Shown: piece by piece, positions 38,539 through 49,539 of the stretch
Position numbering within the stretch: the first letter of the stretch is position 1
How the letters are laid out: every line of letters begins with the position of its first letter
Assembly (NCBI RefSeq): GCF_009834535.1
Contig: NC_045697.1
Span: forward strand, 43,464,001 to 43,528,000
Direction of reading: 5' to 3'
Origin: Camelus ferus
Lineage: Eukaryota
Length of the DNA stretch: 64,000 nucleotides
Translations under genes and position numbers: made by a program
The notes under the pieces: generated by a model
Told to the model about the DNA's origin: nothing
Database searches by the model: none
The model's input: the letters and a program-made list of their open reading frames with translations, nothing else

Positions 38539-39789
38539 TAAAATATATATAAAAATTATTAGGAAAATGAGCAGTTTAATTCCAAAAACCCTTAAAATAG
38601 ATACACAAATGTAATTATAGCTTTATTGTCAATGGAGACCCTTTTCCAGTGATCTGAGCCTACCTGAAGTGACACACGGGTCGGGGTGGGCAGTGTGCAC
38701 TGTCACTCTGTGCTAAAAATTAATTTCAGGATTATACATAAGAGTATGAATCCTAATTAGGTAAATGTATTAATTTTCTTTTAAAATAACAAATATATCT
38801 CTATAGAAATCACAAAGAGGTGTGTGTACCAGCTGTTGCTTCTCTGATGCTTTTCACAGTAAAAGGATGGTGTAGCTCAAATTATCTAAGAGGAACAGTC
38901 CCATATGAACCCAGGGTGTTCCCCAACACACCGTCCTAGTACACAGGGTAAGTGAGCTTCAAGTGTTCCCAGGAAAGCTCAGGCTAAGATTAGTAAAACA
39001 TGGCAAGGTCCTCTATTATGACTCCCCCTACCTTCCCCACCTCTCCCTGCTGAATGTCTTGCTGTCATGGTTATAAATACCCAGATACCAAATGCAATTG
39101 GAATATCAAAACAGAGGTGACCTCACTCATTTTTAACTAATGACATAAACAAATTATACTCATATTCTTGAGCTATAATTACTTTAGTGACCTACGCCAA
39201 TATATTTAATTTTGCTGATACAAAGTGCTGCATCTAACACAATATTTGATCAAGCCATGAATATAGGATTAAGCAGGAAAGGTAACTTTACTAAGGTCTT
39301 TGTCAGAAATCTTAATCATCATCTAAGGAAGCAGATTCTCTGGGCACAGTAGTTTCATGATCTTCTTCAGGGAGGGGAAGCTCCTCTTTCGCCTTGGTAG
39401 GTCCACTTAAAAAGATGAACGTTGGAGGTCCTACTTTCTAAATGATAACTGGTACACACCCTTTTGTGGTTTTCTCTTTTGGTTGAATTCTGTTAGTATT
39501 AATTTCTTCTGACTGAGTACAAGGGCCCCCAGTAGATGAAACGAGCAGCCTCAGCATCCTCCCACAGAGTTGCTGAAGGGCAGGCAAGCAGAGGGAGAAG
39601 TGGTCCATGAAGATGCCCCTTCTCACACTGGCTTGCACATGGTGTATATGCCCTCGACTGAGTGTGCGTGACACATACAACATGAGAGTTTAGAGTCTGG
39701 AACATCATTTTGAGATATGGGCCCTCATCAGAGTGGGAGGTCCTGTCTTCTCTCTCTGTTTGTAGGATGTCCCCAATTATCTTTCTGTA

Positions 39790-40385
39790 CCCTGAGACCA
39801 CCGGCTTGACAAATGACTTTTACCTGGAGTTAGCCAAGGTGAATGGTTTGAGGCATAATCCTTCACAAGACCACCCTCACTCTTGATGCCAACTGCAAGT
39901 TTGAGGGGTTCCCAAAAACACCCCCAAGTTTGATAATTTTCTAGAAGGACTCATCAAATTCACTGAAAGCTACTATGCTAACCATTATGCCTTATAGAGA
40001 AAGGATACAAATTAAAATCAGCCATGGAAGAGACACGTGGGGCAGAGTCTGGGAGAGTTCCAGACATGAATCCTCTGTTGCCCTCCGTATGTGTTCCTTC
40101 TTGGCGTTGATGTCTGACAATACTCAGAGTATCACCAACCAGGGAAGTTCAGTTGGACTTTGGTGTCTACAGTTTTTAATGGGGCTTCATTACAGAGGCA
40201 TGTTTGATTGACTGATTGATTGATTGTGCACATGGTTCATCTCAGCCTCTAGGTCAACTGAGACAAATGACCCAAAGCCTCCACCCGGAATCACATGGTA
40301 GTCTTTCTGGCACAGCCAGCCTCACCCTAAGATTATCTGGTGTGGCCAGCCCTGCCCTAAGACCTAGTGTGACCAGCAGCCACAC
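39790..40385. mobile_element. MER21-like LTR
   Basis: 'cacaagaccaccctcactcttgatgccaactgcaagtttgaggggttcccaa...gtttgataattttctagaaggactca..aaattcactgaaagct...aaggatacaaattaaaatcagcca'. Confidence 0.75.
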
Positions 40386-40649
40386 TAAACAAAGAGCCAA
40401 TGCCCTTCACTATGAGGCAATTTTAAAAGGTGACTTTATCAACTTGTTATTTACTCTAGTGGAATCGAAATATTGTAGCATTATATCTTAACAGTGTGCT
40501 GCTACTTTCTCTTCTTTAGCTCCTATAAACTTCCATTAACAAACTACCCACTGCCGCTGGGTAATAGAGGAAGGGGCTCTGGGAGATGCAGGCATTGATC
40601 AAACTTGCCAGTGGCACCCAGGCACTCTGGCACTTTGTCATATGGACAC

Positions 40650-41110
40650 TGTATAGTCTCCCAGGGCTGCTGTAACAAATACCACAGACTCAGTGGCTTA
40701 AAACAACAGAAATTTCTTCTCTGGAAGTTCTAGAGTCCAGAAGTCCAAAATCAAAGTGTCTGCAGGGCCACAACCTCTCCAAGAGCTCCAGAGGAGAACA
40801 CTTGCTAACCCCCTCCAGCTTCTGGTGGCCCCCAGCGCTCCCCGGCTTCCTTGCCTGCATCACCAGTCTCTGCTTCTGTGGTCACACAGCCTCCTCTTCT
40901 TCCTGTGTCTGTGTCTCCTCCTTTTCTGTCTCTTTTAAGGACACTCATCTTAGATTTAGGGCACTCTGCAACCCAGGATGGCCTCATCTCAGATCCTTAA
41001 CTTAACAGCTTCTGCAAAGACACTTCTTTCAAGTAAGTTCATACTCACAGGCTTCAGGGGTTTGGGGGCATGGACATATCTTTTTAGGGCTCACTACTGA
41101 ACCCACTACA
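40650..41110 (-). mobile_element. MaLR solo LTR (MLT1B/C-like), full length
   Basis: TG...CA ends and 'gggctgctgtaacaaataccacagactcagtggcttaaaacaacagaaattt'. Perfect 5-bp TSD gacac at 40645-40649 and 41111-41115. Confidence 0.92.
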
Positions 41111-41534
41111 GACACCAATCAATCTCGAGGAACAAGCACAAAACTTGGCAGAGAAGATCTGCCCAGCTAATCTTTATTTTGGGGGACTCCCTGGGAAATC
41201 TTCCTTTAGCACATCCAGGACCAATATCCAGCTTGTGGGGAACTGTATGTAGTCATTTAAATTCTGAAAGATTTCTCCTCCACCTCTCAAACCCCCACCA
41301 CCACCACCTGAAGCTGACATTCTCCCTCCCTTAGGTCACCCTCTCAACCTTCCCACAATCCCAAAACTAAAACTGTATGGCCTGGCACATCCAGGGGCCC
41401 CTAAAACTCTGTCCTAGCTCCCTGCCCATCCACAATGATCAGTCAGTGCCCATGCCTTACCACAGAATTAAGTATTTAGAATATTAGCCCTGACTATTTC
41501 CATGCCAACAAGCACTGGTCCATAGTTCAGAGAT

Positions 41535-41790
41535 TATAAACTTCTTATAAATTGTATACATATTTATAGATTTATTTATACATTATTTATCTATTTCTAC
41601 CTATATTTATTATATTATATATTATATTGTAACATAGTATTACATATGTTAAACTTATATTGCTTATATATTTATATAATATGTTGCTATTTATATTAGT
41701 ATATTAAATTTATTTATTGTAGATATAAAATTAATAGATTATAAATTTATATTTATAAATTTCTGATAGGTTTTATGGAATTGATAAGTT
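41535..41790. repeat. AT-rich low-complexity tract
   Basis: Almost entirely A/T with degenerate TA/TTA units. Confidence 0.85.
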
Positions 41791-42169
41791 TTAATAAGTC
41801 CTATAGAAAAGAAAAAGCTTCTGTGAAAATATCAAAGGTTTTCTAACATTAATTGAATACCGGCTACGTTCCAAACACTGGGCTAAGGTCTATGAATAAC
41901 ATCTCCATAATAAAAGCCCCAGAGCATGCACTTCGGTCATATTTTAAAACCCAGGGGGACATTTCTTTTCTATGATGATTTATCCAAAGCTCAAAACAAA
42001 TCTACAAAATCCTAAGATACTGCAGAAAGAATCATTCTGTCACAAAAGTTCCTGGACCATACAGGAAAAATTAGTTCAGGTCTATGGAGCATTGACAGTG
42101 AGGGAGAAAAATCAAAGGAAAATCTTCAGATTTCAGAACTGGAAGCGAATCTGCAACACCAACATCCCC

Positions 42170-43370
42170 TAACTGCCAGAAGCCACTTTAGTAGCCTGAC
42201 TCCGCAGCTCTTCGTCTTCTGCTGCTACCTCCCAGCAGTCCAGTACCTTCATTAACGGTTTTGTAAAATGATTCTTCTATATTTCAGGTCTAAACATCCC
42301 TTTGTACTTTTTCAAGACAGACACAATCCCTCGGTGTATCTTTTTTCCAATTCAAGGATCCCAGTTCCTTTTACCACTTTCCACGGTCATTTTTGGCCAC
42401 CTTTTATCCGCCTTGGCCACCTCTTCTAGAAATACAGTAGTTTCACATGTCTCTCTATAATGAAGTGCTCAGAACTTGGGTGGTAATTAAGACAGCAAGC
42501 TCTCTAGAGTCAATTAGTATCCTAGCCCTGCCACTAAATAGATGTGCAAACTGGGGAAATTACTTAATGCCCCTTTGTTCAGTTCTCTCATTTTGTAAAA
42601 TGGGAATGATAATAATATTATTATTGTTACCTGTCCCTATAGGTTTGTTGTGGAGATTCCATGAGACATAGTGTATAAAGCCCTTCGGACAGTGTACGGC
42701 ACACCGAGAACTCTAGTGTTAGCTACCAGTACCCAGACAAAAAACCCCAGCACAGTGGGACTATTATCTCCACTGATCTAAAAACTGTCTCAGTGACTAA
42801 CAGACCATAGATCACATGAGTATTTTTTAGCAGCCACCTCACACTATTGTTGACTAGTAAACTCACAGGCAAACTAAATTCCCTACTTTCTTCTTCTTCA
42901 AATGAACCCGTATTACGTAGCCTACACATATATAATATTTTTAATAAAAAGTGTACACTTTGCATTTGCTTCTACTAAATTCATTCTGTTTATTTTGGCC
43001 TATTATTCCAGACTGTCAAAGTCTTTTAGAGTTCTTACTCTTTCATACAGTATGTTACTTTTTCTTTGGCTAATGTGTTTTTAACCCAATCTAATAAGCA
43101 TATTATGAATGTCTTCACTCAAATGTGGAAAAGCTAGGTTAAATTTCTAGGCATATTTCCCTAGAGACCTTCCTTGAAACTAATACAGACTCTACATCAA
43201 CACTCCTTGGATCTAAATTTTAAATTGACTACAAATCCTCCTTACCATTATAATCTATCCCATGCAAGGATGTCATGAGGGGCTCTGTCAAATGCCTTAC
43301 CGAGATCCAGACGAACTACGTAAATATTTCCCCCGGTCATCCCTGTCATAACACTACCCTCTCACTTCTT
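42170..43370 (-). mobile_element. Ancient CR1/L3 LINE remnant, antisense, interrupted by a MIR (~42490-42725)
   Basis: The reverse complement of ~43260-43332 reads NIYVVRLDLGKAFDRAPHDIL, resembling the CR1 RT motif 'VDVVYLDFSKAFD..H.IL'. Confidence 0.7.
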
Positions 43371-43604
43371 AACTCCTAGTCTCCATCAGCAATCAAAATC
43401 ATTTACCTGTTTGCCATTTTAAAAGGCTCAACCATTGCTGGGTCCTTATTTTGCAGGTGCTGTGCAAGGTACAGGGAACAGACCAATGAATGTGACCTAG
43501 ATCTGTCCACAAGGAATTTAGAATCCATGAAGGACAGAGAAGCAATCAGACAATTATAATGGGTATAGTCTCATGGGTGAAATAACATGGGTAAGCGCAG
43601 GAGG

Positions 43605-44387
43605 CCGGACGCTTCCGTTACTATGGCTACATAGACATCGTCTAAAACTTAGCAGTGTAAAGCCACACACTTCTTATGTGTGGACCAGGAGCTGAGGGGA
43701 CAATGCAGACATCTTCTCTCTGCTCCATGATGTCTGAGGTCTCAGCTGGAAAACCTGAAGACAGTTGATGCCAGATGTAATTAAGTTCCTCTCCACACGG
43801 GCATCTTTTATGTGATCTTCAACAGGAGCTAGTCTGAGCTTTCTTAGAGTACAGCGGCTAAGTTCCAAAGATGAACAGAGAGGGAGAGAGAGAGAGAGTG
43901 CGCGAATGTGAAAGCACCAGGTGGAAGATACGCCATCTTCTTGGGACCTAGCTTAGAAGTCACATAGCTTCGCTTCCATGGCACTTTATTCATCAAGATG
44001 GTTACAAGGTTGTGGTAGGGGGAGGGGGAATTGGATGAAGGTGGTTAAAAGGTACAAACTTCCAGGCATAAGATAAATAAGTAATAGGGATGTAATGTGC
44101 AACATGATTAACACAACTAACACTGCTGTATATTATATATGAAAGCTGTTAAAAAGTGTAAATTCAAATAGTTCTCATCACAAGGAAAAATGTGTTTTTT
44201 TCTTTTATTTTGTATCCGGATAAGATGATGGATGTTCACTAAACTTTATGTGATAATCATTTCATGATGTATATAAGTCAAATCATTATGCTGTACACCT
44301 TAAATGTGTACAGAGCTGTATGTCAATAATAACTCAATAAAACTGGAAGAAAAAAAAGACAGTTACAAAGTCCCAGTCAGCTTCAAA
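43605..44387 (-). mobile_element. MaLR LTR (MLT1F/G/H-like), first part; contains the L1 at 44008-44355 and continues at 48475
   Basis: 'aaaacttagcagtgtaaa...ctctgctccatgatgtctg...cttagaagtcacatagcttcgcttcc'. The end 'cagcttcaa' joins naturally to 'ggaaagggaaatagactccac' after the provirus. Confidence 0.8.
44008..44355 (+). mobile_element. LINE-1 3' UTR fragment (L1MA9/L1MB-like)
   Basis: 'aaaaggtacaaacttcca...taagataaataag...gttctcatcacaagg...gctgtacaccttaaa...ctcaataaaactggaa'. TSD aagatggttacaa (43995-44007) / aagacagttacaa (44356-44368). Confidence 0.88.
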
Positions 44388-44909
44388 TGTCACTGGCGAA
44401 GCCCATTAACAATTCCCGGGAAATAAACATAGAACCTGGGTAATAAAATAATGTCTAAGCCTTTTTTCCTTTGTGCTTAGTCTAGTTCCACTTGCTCACA
44501 GGGCGCCGTGACTGGAGCTCCTAGTGCAAAATGGCTGCGCCTGACGCTGCAGCTGGAGGGCCGTGTGCAGGAGCGCTGCACACAACCCCACAGTTCAAGA
44601 TGGGATGTCGGACTGTGTGCAGAGACGCCGCACCGGCCGAGCTGGGGTGCAATGAGCAGCACAGCTGCACCCGACTCGCAAGAACCACCCCCGCCCACGC
44701 CGCCAACAGCCCTGGAAAGCAGCCCCACCCACCAACAGCCTGTCAGGCACAGTGTGAACTCTAGAGCAAGAGCTCGCATCCCTACGTTCTTTGATCAGAG
44801 AATAAAGCTTTCCTTTGCTTCTGAACCCAACTCGATCTTGTTCTGTTGGCTCTAATGACACCAGGCAGGAAGGCCCTTGTTGGGGACTGACTCAGAAGGA
44901 TAGGTAACA
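44388..44909 (+). repeat. ERV 5' LTR
   Basis: Ends tgtcac...ggtaaca, AATAAA at 44801-44806, homologous to 47985-48474. Confidence 0.93.
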
Positions 44910-44915
44910 AAATTT

Positions 44916-44933
44916 TGGTGACCCAGATGGGAC
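44916..44933 (+). promoter_or_regulatory. Primer-binding site, tRNA-Arg(CCG)
   Basis: tggtgacccagatgggac matches 17/18 to TGGCGACCCAGATGGGAC, the complement of the mammalian tRNA-Arg(CCG) 3' end as I recall it. The mismatch is a CpG>TpG change. Confidence 0.85.
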
Positions 44934-45959
44934 GCACTATGGCCTTTTCACCTGCACCTATCCACTAGGCTCCAGAGTCACCCCAGGTCCAGCAGGAGGA
45001 CAGCAGAGGCTTTGGGAGATTCACTTGAAGATGGCTGACTCTGGTCTCTGAGTTCACTGGGACAGGGGAGAACGGTGGTAGCCTTCAGCCAAATTTAGAG
45101 CAACTCTGCCCAGCAACCCAAAACCTGGGTGTGGTGCACACACAGCACAGCCCCCAGAGTAACTGCCCCTTTAAGGGATCACACTGTGGCATCATTGGGG
45201 ATCGGGACAGAAACTCACATGTGTCTGCCCACTGCCCCTGGCTGGCCTTCCCGTGGTGCTGGACACTCAGGGACCATGTGGACCTGTGGACGAGAGGGAG
45301 CCAGGACAGTCTTGGCCACTATCTCACCAATAGTGCCATCCCCTTTTCCCTTGTTTAAGGCAGTAACACCTGCACCAGGGCTTTTTGCCCTCCTTGCTGA
45401 CCTCCAGAGGTCAATGGTAGCATTCTCCATAGTCACTTTCAATTTGGTAAAGGGAAGTGGCCAGCCCTGTGAGCCAAAGAGGCAAGACCAGGAAAAGGCC
45501 CAGGTAATGAGGACCACCTGGATGCTCGATCTGAGTTCAGGAAAGGCACCAGGGATGCCCCAGTGTGAAAGAGTCCCAAAGCAGGTACTGGACCAGTGAC
45601 TTGACCTCTTCTGGTCAGCACTAGTTTCCCTGAAGTGGGCAGGGGAGCCCTGTGAACTGCTCACAAGACCAGGAACCCCATTATCAGGAAGCCTTGTGAG
45701 CTGCTGGCAAGAACAGGCACTGCCCAACATCTCCTCTCCCTTCAGCTTGTGAGGTGAACCTTGGATGATTATCAACCGAGATTCCATGGGCTCTTCTCCC
45801 ACTATCAGTACAGAACACCAGATGCCCTAGCCATCCAGGGAGTACCCCATGGGAACCCCTTGTGCTTTCAGCTCTCACCTGGCAGGAAGACTGAAAATTC
45901 CTCCTTCTCAGCCTAAAGGAGGCAAGAAAAGACCCCCCACCTCAGACAGCTGTGCCCCT

Positions 45960-46665
45960 CCCTAATGGACCAAGTTCATCAGGAACTAACATGGCTAAGC
46001 TGCTCTGACCTGGAGGAGACCCCATCTAAACTCCTGTTGGGACATTCTGATTGAAGTGGGACCAGCTCTCTCAAGCATGGGCTGTTCAGACGTGGCAATT
46101 GAGCAGTCTCAAATAATGAACCCAATTTGGACCACAGAACCAGTGGGAAGACAGAGGCTGACCCATTATAAAAATATGATCCTAAGGGGAATCTAGGCAG
46201 CAGGAAAGAAACCTGTTAATTGGAATACAATAAAGGAAACCAATCAGGAGCCAACAGAAAACCCTTTGGCATTCCGAGAGCACTTAAGGGGACACCTCCA
46301 AAGCTAGACCACCACTGACACTGAGTCACCGAAAGGGAATGCAATGTGAGGTCACATTTCATTTCCCAGCCTGTCCCCGACATTAGGCATAAACTTCAGA
46401 AACTGGAAATAGAACCAGATACCCCTACCTCTTGCCCTGTTGAGGTTGCCAACAAGGTATTTAATAACCAGGCTATAGAAGAGGTAAAGTCAGAGAAATA
46501 AAAGGTCCAGAGGCAAACCCACCTACTGGCTATTGCCTTCTAATGTCAACTCAGTCCACATAAGAATCTGGACTAACTTTGATGAGTGGAGGGACAGCAA
46601 GCCAAGCAAACTAGGATTCAATCAGTGCACCATACGTAAACTGGAAGACAGAATGCCTTCACCAC
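45960..46665 (+). pseudogene. gag: ERV gag remnant (capsid p30 and degenerate nucleocapsid)
   Basis: Manual translation across stops and a frameshift gives GRQRLTHYKNMILRGI*AAGKKPVNWNTIKETNQEPTENPLAFREHLR (major homology region) ... HFISQPVPDIRHKLQKLE...EVANKVFNN, then LGFNQC (start of the zinc knuckle). Confidence 0.88.
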
Positions 46666-46699
46666 CCTCAAAGGGGGATGCAAATGCAGATCCCAGCCC

Positions 46700-47590
46700 C
46701 AATCTATATTATTGGCTGGTTGAGGTCATGGTACGTCCTGGCATGAAAAGGATAATCTGTTGGATAGTTGAGTCATGCCCCATCTACACACTGAACAGCT
46801 CCAACACCAGACCCCTCCAGAGGCCCTGAGATAAGGCCCATTCAGACCAGAGGGACATATGCTGGAGGAGATTGTCAGATTGACTTTATTGTCGTGCTTG
46901 GAGTACTGGGCAATTTCAGCTGTCTCTTGGTGCTAGTAGACACATTTTCTGTATGGACAGAAGCATTGCCTACTAAAACTGAAACGACAGCTGAAGAGGC
47001 TAAGGCATTACTAAAGGAAATAATCCTCCGATTTGGGCTCCCAGGATCCCTAGAAAGCAATAATGGTCCAGAATTTGTGTCTCAATGAAGGAAATAATGA
47101 GTGCCCTGGGCATAAAAAGGACTTTGCACTCAGCCTAAAGACCCCAATCACTGGGGAAAGTAGAGAGATCCAATCAGACCTCAAAACAGGCCTTAGCCAA
47201 ACTATTGAAACTCAAGAAAATTACATGAAGTTGCTTTTAATTGCCCTGCTCCGCAAGCAGTCAGCCCCAAGGTTAAGTGCGTTTGAACTCCTATATGGTG
47301 GACCCATTCCCCAAGCCCAAGAGAAGGACCCCAGTGACCACCTGAAATGGAACAATTCAGTGTGCCCTCCAGGAAGGAGAAACCATGAAAGCTCTCACAG
47401 AATATGGTGATCAGGTGCTGCCTGCTCTCACAGACCTGGCCCTCCATCCCTTCCGGCCAGGAGACCAGGTGAACCTAAAAGCCTGGAAAACTGGCAGCCT
47501 GCAAGCAGCTCACTCCTAAGTGGAACAGACCCCTTGACTACTCGTGTGAACCTCTCTTTGACCTGAAGCTTCTCTTCCAAAAAAAACAAC
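46700..47590 (+). pseudogene. pol: ERV pol remnant, integrase only
   Basis: IVESCPI (N-terminal Zn domain), QIDF, LLVLVDTFSVWTEALPTKTETTAEEAKALLKEIILRFGLPGSLESNNGPEFVSQ (catalytic core), LSAFELLYG, and C-terminal YSCEPLFDLKLLFQ. Frameshifted. Confidence 0.92.
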
Positions 47591-47706
47591 CAAAGCGGGT
47601 AAGCAGGGAGATTCAGCCATGGCAGTGGGCCTCCCCATCGGAGCCCATTCCCTGCAGACAAAAGACCTAGAAACCCTCATTTTTAGGAAAAACTGGACAG
47701 CTGGCC

Positions 47707-47810
47707 ATTGTTCTCTTGCTAATATTTGGGCTGTGTATCTTAGACGGTCTGGTAGTGTTTGTCTCAAAAAAGGTTAGACAAATGGTGGTTTCTCAGGGAT
47801 GCAACAGTCC
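47707..47810 (+). pseudogene. env: ERV env remnant (TM membrane anchor / cytoplasmic tail)
   Basis: Translates IVLLLIFGLCILDGLVVFVSKKVRQMVV, resembling the gamma-type env motif 'LLLLFGPCILNxLVxFV'. Confidence 0.75.
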
Positions 47811-47960
47811 GGGCTGAGGCCTGCAGATAACCAAGCACATCTAAAGGCGGCTGCAGAGCAGCTCTGCTCCTCGGCTCGGGGTTATGATGACGCCCACATC
47901 AGCAGAAGCAGCGACAGAAGACAGACCCGTGCCCCTCAGCGCCCCTCAAGGACGAGGAGC

Positions 47961-47982
47961 AGAACAGAAGACAGAGGAGGGG
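47961..47982 (+). promoter_or_regulatory. Polypurine tract
   Basis: agaacagaagacagaggagggg ends 2 nt before the 3' LTR. Confidence 0.85.
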
Positions 47983-47984
47983 CT

Positions 47985-48474
47985 CGTCACTGGCAAGGCC
48001 CGCTAACAACTCCCAGGAAATAAGAATAGAATCTGAGTAATAAAATAAAGTCTGACCTTTTTTGGGGTCCCTTGTGCTTCGTCCAGTTTCACTTGCTCCC
48101 AGGGCGCCGCGTACAGGCGCCTTGAGCCCGGCCCTTCAGTTTCTAGTGAGAAACAGCTGCGCCTGACGCCACAGCCAGCTTCACCGTGTGCAGAGCCGCT
48201 GCGCGCCGCGATACCAGCTGGAGCCCAAGCAGCACGCATGCGCACAGACTTGTGAGAACTCTGCCCCCTCCTGGAACAGATCCCTGTAAAGCAGCCCCAC
48301 CCACGGCCCGCCGGGGAGAGCGTGTGCTCGAGAGTGTGAGCTCACACCTCTTCATTCTCTGATCAAAGAATAAAACTTTCCTTTGCTTCTGAACCCAGCT
48401 CGGCCTCGTTCTATTGGCTCACACAACACTGGGCAGGACCTTTGTTGGAGTCCAACTCAGGACAGTTGGTAACA
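47985..48474 (+). repeat. ERV 3' LTR
   Basis: Ends cgtcac...ggtaaca, AATAAA at 48369-48374. There are 11 mismatches to the 5' LTR in the first 60 nt (hand count). Confidence 0.93.
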
Positions 48475-48585
48475 CAAGGAAAGGGAAATAGACTCCACTT
48501 ACTGATGACAGTGGCAAGGTTGTGAAGAGCATGTGGCACTGGAAATACTGCGGTAGCCATTTGGGGCAATACAATCTGCCCCACT
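48475..48585 (-). mobile_element. Remainder of the MLT1 LTR split by the provirus
   Basis: 'gggaaatagactccac...gaagagcatgtgg...agccatttggggcaatacaatctgcccca' is the MLT1 terminus. Confidence 0.8.
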
Positions 48586-49284
48586 GTGTGAACCCATAGA
48601 AATGACACATAACCTAACCTGGGAAGCAGGGAGGGAAACAAAGTGTGAATCATGAGCCACAAGGCAAAAAGTACCCTGAAATTCAGTAAGTAATGTGAAA
48701 AATAGAAACACAATGTACAGCCATATTGAAATCTCAAAAGACCACATACTCTTATAAAAGATGAAATAGGTGAGTGAGAAGGGGATGAAGGCTGTCTCTC
48801 ACTTCTGTCCAGACCTGGGCAGATCTTGAGCTGGTCTGGCTTGTTCCCCCTTAGGAGCAATGACTTTCATTTGCACACTATCACCACTTCTCCAGGTGCC
48901 TAGTGCTGCACTCTCCATTTATAGGTAGCCAAGGGCATTAAGAGGGCATTGAGGAAAGAGGGAGTTCGGGTGGAAGGTGGAGTTGCCCCACAGAGGGGGA
49001 TGGGTGAGGGCTGAGCAATGTCCTGGGGCACAGGCCAACTTGCTGCAGGGTGCTGGCTATGAATGGTACCTAATCTGCACCACCCGGCCAAGAGGATAGC
49101 TCACATGGGTCCTCAACTCAGGCAGTAGACTGTGACTCCCAGAGGGACAATGAAGAGTTTTTAGATGCCATCTTCTCCTTTTCATCAGGCACCTCCCTCT
49201 CAATCTCTCCAGCTGAGAAATCTTTATCTTGCCTGAAGGGAGCAGAAAGAAAGAAAACATGTATTCTTCTAAATATCTTACCTA

Positions 49285-49449
49285 GGGGGAGGGTATAGCT
49301 CAAGTGGCAGAGCACATGCTTAGCACACACAATGTCCTGGGTTCAATCCCCAGAACCTCCTCTAAAAATAAATAAATAAGTAAACCTAACTACCTACCCC
49401 TCAAAAAATAATAATAAAATAATAATTAATAATAATAATAATAATAATA
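49285..49449 (+). mobile_element. tRNA-Ala-derived SINE, camelid vic-1-like, with (TAA)n tail
   Basis: A and B boxes and tail homologous to the other two copies. TSD aaatatcttacct (49271-49283) / aaatatcctacct (49450-49462). Confidence 0.9.
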
Positions 49450-49539
49450 AAATATCCTACCTTATTAGTGAACTGTGGCATTTATATTTAAAAAACAAAT
49501 ATTTAGCACCTTTGTTCTCTGGTTTTATACTGTCTAGCT

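Larger units (their letters stand above)
44388..48474 (+). mobile_element. Class I (gamma-like/ERV1) endogenous provirus, internally deleted and decayed
   Basis: Two homologous LTRs, PBS, PPT, and gag, integrase and env remnants in retroviral order. Probable 4-bp TSD caaa (44384-44387) / caag (48475-48478). Confidence 0.95.

Noticed and set aside
45215..45802. Longest ORF in the window (195 aa, minus strand) as an antisense retroviral gene
   Set aside because: It lies antisense in the GC-richer ERV leader, has no recognisable domain, and overlaps similar-length ORFs in other frames. This is consistent with chance.
46894..47088. Domesticated integrase gene
   Set aside because: Only about 64 codons are open, the second catalytic Asp reads Asn (SNNG), and it is flanked by frameshifts.
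47707..47810. Syncytin-like captured env
   Set aside because: Only the TM anchor and tail remain. SU, the fusion peptide and the immunosuppressive domain are not visible.
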